From an uncultured Lentimicrobiaceae bacterium (GTDB taxonomy: Bacteria; Bacteroidota; Bacteroidia; Bacteroidales; 4484-276): a stretch of DNA of 64,000 nt. The stretch's first letter is position 1. Each line of letters opens with the position of its first letter. The notes beneath the pieces are model-generated. The model saw only the letters and a list, made by a program, of their open reading frames with translations, was not told the origin of the DNA and ran no database searches. Below, in pieces: positions 36,955-43,780 of the stretch. Location: positions 27,646-91,645 of the forward strand of contig CAZQIV010000004.1 in assembly GCA_964593705.1 (NCBI GenBank). Reading direction: 5' to 3'. The translations under genes and the position numbers were made by a program.

Positions 36955-37405
36955 CAGTTCGCTTCGTTCTCTAAAGTCTCTTAGTTCTCTAAAGTCGCTT
37001 AATTCGCTTAAGTCGCTTAGGTCTCTAACGTCTTTTAGGTCTCTAAAGTCGCTTAATTCGCTTAAATCGCTTAGGTCTCTAACGTCTTTTAGGTCTCTAA
37101 AGTCGCTTCGTTCTCTTAGTTATCCTCGTTCTCTTAAGTCGCTTCGTTCTCTTCGTTCTCTAAAGTCGCTAAAGTCTCTTAGTTCGCTTAGTTCTCTAAA
37201 GTCGCTTCGTTCGCTTAGTTATCCTCGTTCTCTAAAGTCTCTTAGTTCTCTAAAGTCGCTTCGTTCGCTTAGTTCGCTCAAGTCTCTAAAGTCGCTTCGT
37301 TCTCTAAAGTCGCTTAGTTCTCTTAGTTCTCTAAAGTCGCTTAGTTCGCTCAAGTCTCTAAAGTCGCTTCCGTTCGCTCAAGTCTCTAAGTTCGCTTCGT
37401 TCGCT
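36955..37405. repeat. Minisatellite: 50 tandem 9-bp units (consensus NNNgtYKct), 451 bp
   Basis: Forty-six consecutive units are in strict 9-bp phase, then one 10-bp unit and three more. A 54-bp higher-order duplication covers 37000-37053 / 37054-37107. The array abuts the stop codon of the gene at 37406. Confidence 0.95.
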
Positions 37406-38875
37406 TTACATATACTCCTTCAACAATCCGGTAGCTTCGTTAAATTCGTTAATCTTTTCATCCCACTCTTCAACTTTTGCATACCTCGACTTCCAGTAAT
37501 TATCATCGTACCACTGGTCGTTGAGCTCCTCGATAGTCTTGCCCTGTTGTTCAATCCAGGTAAAATACTTTAGGTTATGCATCCGCTTTTTCTCGTAGTA
37601 ATTCATCTCTATGATATGATCGACACCCAAACCCAACATGTCAGCATCAAAACTTACTGCTGCATCCCTGTTGGTAAATTCGCCATGCTTTTGCTTTTCT
37701 TCAGCAACCCTTGTCTGGTACATTTCCATCGAATCGGTAGCAACAGTAAATACAACATCATCTTTATTCAATTCGTAATATTTAGCCATCTTTATGGCAC
37801 CCATCAGATTCGCGATGGAGGAAATACCCATCAGATTTAGTTTTTCAATCAAAGCAGCATCGATGCCAATTTCATTTTTCAGGTAATCCTTCCCGGTCTG
37901 CTCATTAAACAAACGCATCAGTCTGATATTTGGATTATCATCGATTCCGGCCACCATATCCATATTTTTGATGTTGTGTATCCATGGAACATGCTTGTCG
38001 CCAATGCCTTCGATGCGGTGCTCGCCATAGCCGTTGAGCAATAATGTAGGGCATTGCAACGCTTCGCCGGCACAAACTTTTATGTGAGGATAAACTTCGC
38101 GCAGGTAGTCGGCACTGCCCAGCGTTCCTGCCGAACCCTGGGTAAGAAACATCGCGCTAAATTTCGATTTATCAGTTTTTACCTTATTAAAAACTTCTTC
38201 CATGGCGGGGCCTGTAACCGCATAATGCCAAAGTGAATTACCAATTTCCTCAAACTGATTGAGGTTTACAATACCGTCACCACGCTCAGCCTTGAGTTCT
38301 TTTACTTTGTCATAAATTTCCTTTACATTGCTCTCGCTGCCGGGGGTGGCAAAAACTTCGGCTCCCACTTTATGCAGCCAGTCGAAGCGCTCCTGCGACA
38401 TACCCTGGGGCAATACTGCGATGGATTCACATCCCAACAAATAGGAATCGTAAGCACCTCCACGGCAATAATTTCCGGTGGAAGGCCACAAAGCCTTTTG
38501 TGTAGTAGGATCAAAACGGCCACTTACCAGCTTCTCAACCAAGGGGCCAAAAGTAGCTCCAACCTTATGGGCTCCGGTCGGGAAATATTTCCCAACCAAC
38601 ATGATAACCCTGGCCTTAACCCCGGTAAGTTCAGAAGGCAATTCAAAATAATTAACACCGCCAAAACCACCACCAAATTTTACCGGCTCGTTTTTCCAGG
38701 TAATTCTAAACAAGTTGAGCGAATTTAAATCCCAGAGCCCAATGTTAGCAAGCTTTGCTTGTATTTTTTCAGGAACCAATTCAGGATTTCGCATTTGTGC
38801 ATAAGTAGGCAGAATGATATGTTTTTCCCTGCACCTTTCTATTGTGTTTTTTAAAACTTTCTGTGTATCTTTCAT
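37406..38875 (-). CDS. TrpB-like / fold-type II PLP-dependent enzyme, specificity unknown
   Basis: 489 aa. FPTGAHKVGATFG resembles the TrpB H-x-G-[STA]-H-K PLP-lysine motif. Also has a glycine-rich GSAGTLG loop. Confidence 0.6.
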   Translation of the reverse strand: MKDTQKVLKNTIERCREKHIILPTYAQMRNPELVPEKIQAKLANIGLWDLNSLNLFRITWKNEPVKFGGGFGGVNYFELPSELTGVKARVIMLVGKYFPTGAHKVGATFGPLVEKLVSGRFDPTTQKALWPSTGNYCRGGAYDSYLLGCESIAVLPQGMSQERFDWLHKVGAEVFATPGSESNVKEIYDKVKELKAERGDGIVNLNQFEEIGNSLWHYAVTGPAMEEVFNKVKTDKSKFSAMFLTQGSAGTLGSADYLREVYPHIKVCAGEALQCPTLLLNGYGEHRIEGIGDKHVPWIHNIKNMDMVAGIDDNPNIRLMRLFNEQTGKDYLKNEIGIDAALIEKLNLMGISSIANLMGAIKMAKYYELNKDDVVFTVATDSMEMYQTRVAEEKQKHGEFTNRDAAVSFDADMLGLGVDHIIEMNYYEKKRMHNLKYFTWIEQQGKTIEELNDQWYDDNYWKSRYAKVEEWDEKINEFNEATGLLKEYM

Positions 38876-39004
38876 ATTATATCTAATATTTATTCATTTA
38901 TAATTTTAATTTTTATCATGGCTAAAATTTGTAGTTATTTTTTTTCAAAACCAAAAACCTAACAGGTTGATTTGTTTAACCGTATTCATATTTTCTAATC
39001 AGTT

Positions 39005-42000
39005 TTACGCTGCTTCCGGGGGTAAACCTGTTAGGGTTATGACACTTTCCAAAATAATCATCATTTGAGCAGTAAAACTCAAATCCATTTCAAAAGGAAC
39101 ATCAGTCAATAATTTATATTTTTCAATACTAAAATCTTTGTTGATTTCAAGTTCAATTTTTTCGGTATTAAAATAGAAACCATGGTCTGATTTCATAAAA
39201 CTGAATGTGTCTCCTTCGTCTTTAGCATGCAGAATTTTCCCATCCCAAAAAAAGCCTGTTTTTTCACTTTCAAAATATTCTTTATTTAAAAACAGATGGG
39301 GTTTATTAAGATATGGAGCGCCTTCGGTAGGACAAAAAGTATTGCAATTGCCGCACTTGTTGCACCAATCGGCAATATGCAGAATCTGGTATTTTTGTTT
39401 GACTTCAAAAAATCCATCATCCATAATCTGAACCTTTCCATCCTTAACAATCAGTTTTTGATTTTTGATTTTTGATGGAATAATTTCGTAAGTCATCAGT
39501 GCATTATTTGGGCATACCGTAGTACAAATACTACAAAGCTCATCGCATTGCAAACATCTTTTCGATTCTTCAATCCCCTGTTTGAGGGTAAGCGGCGATT
39601 GAACCAAATCAAAATTCATTCGGTCACTCACCGGTTTTTCTTTAACAATTGCAGGTTTTATTCGCTTTGACTTATCAATAATGTGCTGCCTGAAACTTTT
39701 TTCGGGACGTTCAGTTTTGGTTTTGGTTTTAAAATTCAAACCTGCTTTATCGATGATTTCCTGTGCTGCTTTTCGTCCATCGCCAATTGCATTGATTGCT
39801 GTGGAAGCACCACGCTTGGCATCCCCACCGATAAAAACGCCGGGTATGCCTGTTTCGTAACTTCCATTTTTTGCTACAAGCTGGCTTTTATCCAAAAAGT
39901 CGAAGGCCAGGTTCTGGCCAATTGCGGGGATTATGGTATCGGCAGAAATCTCAAAATCGCTACCTGGAATTTCTATGGGCCTTGCCCTGCCCGATTCATC
40001 CTTAGCTCCTTGTTTCATTCTACGGAAAGTCATGGATTTTACCAGACCATCTTTGGTGTTTACGCTTACAGGAGCAACAAGTTCAATAATTTCCACGCCT
40101 TCTTCAATCACAGCTTTAATTTCACCAAGATCGGCAGGCATCTCTTTTATCGTGCGGCGATAAGCGATGGTTACTTTCCCTTGTTTACCGGCAACACGCC
40201 AGGCAGTCCGCGCGGCATCCATGGCTGTATTGCCCCCGCCAATAATTAAAATATTATGTCCTGCCGCGGTTTTCTTTCCTGATTTTACATCAAACAAAAA
40301 CTCCAGTGGATCGAGCACTCCTTTTGCCATTCCATTTTTTACAAGAAATGGTTTAGATTTTTGCGCACCGGCTGCTATATAAACAAAATCATTTTCAAGT
40401 CTTAACTTGTCAAAAACTACTTTATTAATTTCACTTTCGTAATGAATATTAATCCCCAGGTCGGTAATGCGTTTCACATCCAACTCAAATGCCTCACCGG
40501 GAAGCCTGAAAGATGGGATTGCTCCCGACACCATGCCACCCGGTTTTTTCTTTGTCTCGAAAATCTCAACATCAAAACCTGCCTTAGTAAGAAAATAAGC
40601 ACAGGATAAACCTGAAGGGCCGGCTCCGATAACTGCAGCTTTTAATGGGTTTTTGGATCGAACAAACTCAGGGCTTTTCAATGCATCTTCAGGCGCATTT
40701 TCGGCAATCACCCTTTTCACTTCCCTTATCAGGACAGAGCTATCGTAGTTGATACGCGTACATTTTGTTTGACATAAATGGTCGCAAACCATTCCGGTGG
40801 TGATCGGGAACGGATTGGTTTGGGTAACTACTTTTGCAGCCTTATCCAAATTGCCCTTGGCAGTGTAATACAAATAGTCAGGTATTCCCTGATGCGTGGG
40901 ACAAGTGGTTTCGCAGGGTGCATGAATGCAATCGAAAAAGCTTAAAGGTTGATTGGTTTTTATGTCCGGGTTTTTAAGGTAAGTCCGGCGGTAATCCTTC
41001 ACTTCCAAAACTTTATCAGCATAATCGTTCAGGTATTTTAAAGGATGAGTTTGCTCAATGCTGGCTTGACTAAGATTTTGGATGTATTGATTTAACCTCC
41101 CGTAGCCGCCTGGTTTAAGCAAGTCGGTGCAAACAGTTACCGGCGATAATCCACAGCAGACCAAATCCACAATATTAAAAGCATCAGCGCCACCTGAAAA
41201 AGAAATATCAAGTGTGCCTGAAAAATCATTTTGCAGTTTTCGTGCAAGATTTACCGACACCGGATGCAAAGCACGGCCACTCATGTACATCATGTCCTGG
41301 CTGCTATCAAAAATTTCTTTGTGGTTTTTACTTTCGAGGGTATTTGTAAGTTTAAGGCTGAATTGAAGATTTTGTTTCCCTGCAAGGTTTGACAGATTAT
41401 TAATAATTTTAATTGCATCGGGATATTTCAGGTCGTGCTCGAAAGCCTCATGGGGTATTATTGTCTCGAAGCCGTTATTACTAAAAATTGCAGACAAATC
41501 CTTTTTACCAAGCAAGGTTGGATTTAATTTTATGGCTGTGTGTAATTTCTTTTCATTAATCAAATATTCACCAATTTTCTCAATTTCGTCCGGCGGGCAG
41601 CCATGCATCGTGGAGAGGGTAATGTTATCGGACAGGCATGAATTAATTTTTAGGTTTTTGATATTTGGATAAATATCTTTTATCGTTTCAATTTTTTGAG
41701 CAAGTTCGGCGGATGCATCCTTCATTTTATCAAAAAACCACTGCACATTTTCCTGAAGTATGCCCTCCAAATTGTATCCAACGCTCATATTGAAAATAAA
41801 CCCGGGAATATCAGGATTTCCAATATTCAACTTATCTTTTAAAATATGAATCAAAATCCAGGCATCGAGATATTGATGGAAGGACTGGTGAATTTTCAAT
41901 TCCTGGGACCACTCACAATTGTAGCCCTCATCCTGCATATCGATACAGGGCTTTGAAACTTCCAGTTCATCCATAGTCTGGATGGTTTTAAGTTCGATAA

Positions 42001-42241
42001 ACCGTGCACCGGTCAGCCAGGAAGCCACAATATTTTGCGCAAGCTGGGTATGGGGACCTGCGGCAACTCCGAAGGGTGTTTCAAGCGCCTGCCCGAATCT
42101 TTCAATCCGGAAAGGATCATCAATATTTGGAACAAAAAAGAGTTCTTTCGGGATAGAAAAAATAAAGCCACTTCTATCGTATTGATTTAAGATACGCTGC
42201 AGCAGTTGACTTAAAGGAAGCGGAAAAAATTTGTCTGACAT
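39005..42241 (-). CDS. ygfK: YgfK-like multidomain Fe-S flavoprotein (DHOD-like barrel + GltD-like FAD/NAD(P)H module + 2x[4Fe-4S])
   Basis: About 1078 aa. N-terminal TIM-barrel region, central CIHAPCETTCP...CDHLCQTKC and KAAVIGAGPSGLSCAYFL, C-terminal CLQCDELCSICTTVCP / CNKCGNCNTFCP. The track start at 42253 is TTG; the ATG is at 42241. Confidence 0.7.
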   Translation of the reverse strand: MSDKFFPLPLSQLLQRILNQYDRSGFIFSIPKELFFVPNIDDPFRIERFGQALETPFGVAAGPHTQLAQNIVASWLTGARFIELKTIQTMDELEVSKPCIDMQDEGYNCEWSQELKIHQSFHQYLDAWILIHILKDKLNIGNPDIPGFIFNMSVGYNLEGILQENVQWFFDKMKDASAELAQKIETIKDIYPNIKNLKINSCLSDNITLSTMHGCPPDEIEKIGEYLINEKKLHTAIKLNPTLLGKKDLSAIFSNNGFETIIPHEAFEHDLKYPDAIKIINNLSNLAGKQNLQFSLKLTNTLESKNHKEIFDSSQDMMYMSGRALHPVSVNLARKLQNDFSGTLDISFSGGADAFNIVDLVCCGLSPVTVCTDLLKPGGYGRLNQYIQNLSQASIEQTHPLKYLNDYADKVLEVKDYRRTYLKNPDIKTNQPLSFFDCIHAPCETTCPTHQGIPDYLYYTAKGNLDKAAKVVTQTNPFPITTGMVCDHLCQTKCTRINYDSSVLIREVKRVIAENAPEDALKSPEFVRSKNPLKAAVIGAGPSGLSCAYFLTKAGFDVEIFETKKKPGGMVSGAIPSFRLPGEAFELDVKRITDLGINIHYESEINKVVFDKLRLENDFVYIAAGAQKSKPFLVKNGMAKGVLDPLEFLFDVKSGKKTAAGHNILIIGGGNTAMDAARTAWRVAGKQGKVTIAYRRTIKEMPADLGEIKAVIEEGVEIIELVAPVSVNTKDGLVKSMTFRRMKQGAKDESGRARPIEIPGSDFEISADTIIPAIGQNLAFDFLDKSQLVAKNGSYETGIPGVFIGGDAKRGASTAINAIGDGRKAAQEIIDKAGLNFKTKTKTERPEKSFRQHIIDKSKRIKPAIVKEKPVSDRMNFDLVQSPLTLKQGIEESKRCLQCDELCSICTTVCPNNALMTYEIIPSKIKNQKLIVKDGKVQIMDDGFFEVKQKYQILHIADWCNKCGNCNTFCPTEGAPYLNKPHLFLNKEYFESEKTGFFWDGKILHAKDEGDTFSFMKSDHGFYFNTEKIELEINKDFSIEKYKLLTDVPFEMDLSFTAQMMIILESVITLTGLPPEAA

Positions 42242-42257
42242 AGTAAAATTCAATTAT

Positions 42258-42402
42258 GAGGCCAGTCTAAAAAGCCACAATACCCCTAAATCCCCTAAAG
42301 GGGACTTTCCCAAACTACTGATTTTTAGTGCTTCTCCCGTCATCTGACGGATTGGGGTAAAAAGGACTAAAAATCAGTAGTTTGGGGCTTTAGACTACAC
42401 TC
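42258..42402. mobile_element. MITE-B copy 2 (~145 bp) with 6-bp flanking direct repeat AATTAT, in the ygfK-like/mocA divergent promoter region
   Basis: Same TIRs and internal hairpin as 32929..33070 (cccctaaatcccct.aaggggactttcccaaact.ctgatttttagt). AATTAT occurs at 42252-42257 and 42403-42408. Confidence 0.75.
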
Positions 42403-42493
42403 AATTATAAAAAAAGAACCGCCAAAAATACTTTAAATACGGCTAAAATATTATATTTGGTTCACTTTTAAACCTAATAAGGATTCATTCTAA

Positions 42494-43087
42494 ATGCCAA
42501 TAAAACCTACATCAGCAATAATTTTATCCGCAGGATTTTCAAGCCGAATGGGGCAGCCTAAATATGGACTCAGGCTTCCTGACGGGAACTCATTTTTAGA
42601 GCAAATAGCTCAACAATATTTTGATTTTGGATGCGAGGAAATTATCGTGGTAATCAACAACGATGGGAAAAAATATTTGGAAGATACTTTTTTTAAAAAC
42701 CCCGGGAAATTAAGATTTGCAGTCAACCATACCCCGGAAGCCGGACGCTTCGGTTCAGTAAAATGTGGTGCAAAAGCATTAAAAACTAACACTCCGGTTT
42801 TTATTCATAATGTTGATAATCCTTATGCACGAATACCAACGCTTGAAAAACTAATGGCAAATCTTGAGGGATATGATTTTGTAAAACCTGTTTTTGAAGG
42901 CCGGGGTGGGCATCCTATTTTAATTGGAAATAAAGTAATAAATGCAATTATTAATGAAACAAAACCATCCATAACACTGCGATCTTTTCTCAAACCTTTT
43001 AATCATAAAGAAGTTGAGGTGGAGGACTCATCCATACATATCAACATCAATACAACAGAAGATTATCAGCAATTTTGGAATATATAG
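42494..43087 (+). CDS. mocA: Molybdenum cofactor cytidylyltransferase (MocA/YgfJ-like nucleotidyltransferase)
   Basis: AIILSAGFSSRMGQPK N-terminal NTP-transferase motif, 197 aa, adjacent to the ygfK-like gene as in E. coli. Confidence 0.75.
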   Translation: MPIKPTSAIILSAGFSSRMGQPKYGLRLPDGNSFLEQIAQQYFDFGCEEIIVVINNDGKKYLEDTFFKNPGKLRFAVNHTPEAGRFGSVKCGAKALKTNTPVFIHNVDNPYARIPTLEKLMANLEGYDFVKPVFEGRGGHPILIGNKVINAIINETKPSITLRSFLKPFNHKEVEVEDSSIHININTTEDYQQFWNI

Positions 43088-43197
43088 TGACTGTCCATAA
43101 AGTCAACTATTTCTGTTCGAGGAAAAGGAATCTCCCGCAGATAACGCAGATTTTCGCAGAAAAAAATCAACGCAAACCAGCGGCATCTGCGGGAAAC
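43085..43197. mobile_element. MITE-A degenerate copy; its first three bases are the mocA stop codon
   Basis: tagtgactgtccataaagtcaactatttc... then a degenerate cccgcag...ctgcggg hairpin. It aligns with the reverse complement of 54497..54640. Confidence 0.6.
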
Positions 43198-43304
43198 ACA
43201 ACTAAAAAGACAAACACTATTCAGAATCACTCATAAAAAAAATGCCGGTTCAGATTTATAATCCTTACCGGCATTTTTAAAATTTTGTAATTATTTATGT
43301 GGTG

Positions 43305-43500
43305 GAATTGAATACCAAATCATCATGATCATGATCCCATCCCCGGCCCTTCCCCAAATTGGGGAAGGGTGCCTGAACTCATGGGACTTGTAGGAAATGA
43401 AAAAGCAAAACGCTTCGCCCTATGCATACAAATCCAATGAGAGAGAGCTCGCCTTGCTGGCAAAGCGGGCCGTCTGCAGTTAGCTTGCGTAAAGGCGAAG
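43305..43500. repeat. Modular hairpin repeat block (inverted copy of the 25815..26010 family)
   Basis: ggtggaattgaataccaaatcatcatgat...cccatcc matches the reverse complement of 25975-26010. Also has the ccttccccaaattggggaagg hairpin. Confidence 0.6.
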
Positions 43501-43545
43501 CAGGCAATTAACTAATAACATTATAACCCAATAACCATCCTTTAT

Positions 43546-43780
43546 TTAATGTTCGTCCAGAAAGTTGACAATTTTTCAATTTAAGATTAACGAACGGAGA
43601 TTTTAGATTTTGCTGAGTATCACCAACATCTTAAATCTATGCCATAGGCTCGCCTCGCGAAGCGGGCATCCCAATGGGAAAAACGCCTGCCTCGCCTGCA
43701 CACGAGCCACTTCTGGCGGCAAGGCGGGTTAATCTGAAATCGTATATTTTCTAAATGTCACTTTAAAGACCGACACTATT
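43546..43780. mobile_element. MITE-A family copy (long-cargo subfamily); its terminal repeat supplies the tricorn gene's TAG stop
   Basis: TIRs ttaatgttcgtccagaaagttgac / gtcactttaaagaccgacacta. The right end is near-identical to the reverse complement of the left end of 20250..20442. Confidence 0.6.

Noticed and set aside
36955-37405. CRISPR array (also considered for the 22-bp repeats at 29306-29371).
   Set aside because: The units are contiguous with no spacers, and the 9-bp array units are far too short. No cas genes are present in the window.
37360-37408. Stop-codon readthrough of the TrpB-like gene into the 9-bp array. The TAA is followed in-frame by SERSELRDLSERKRL.
   Set aside because: The frame hits TAG after 15 codons, because the 10-bp unit shifts the repeat phase. 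Nothing suggests programmed readthrough.
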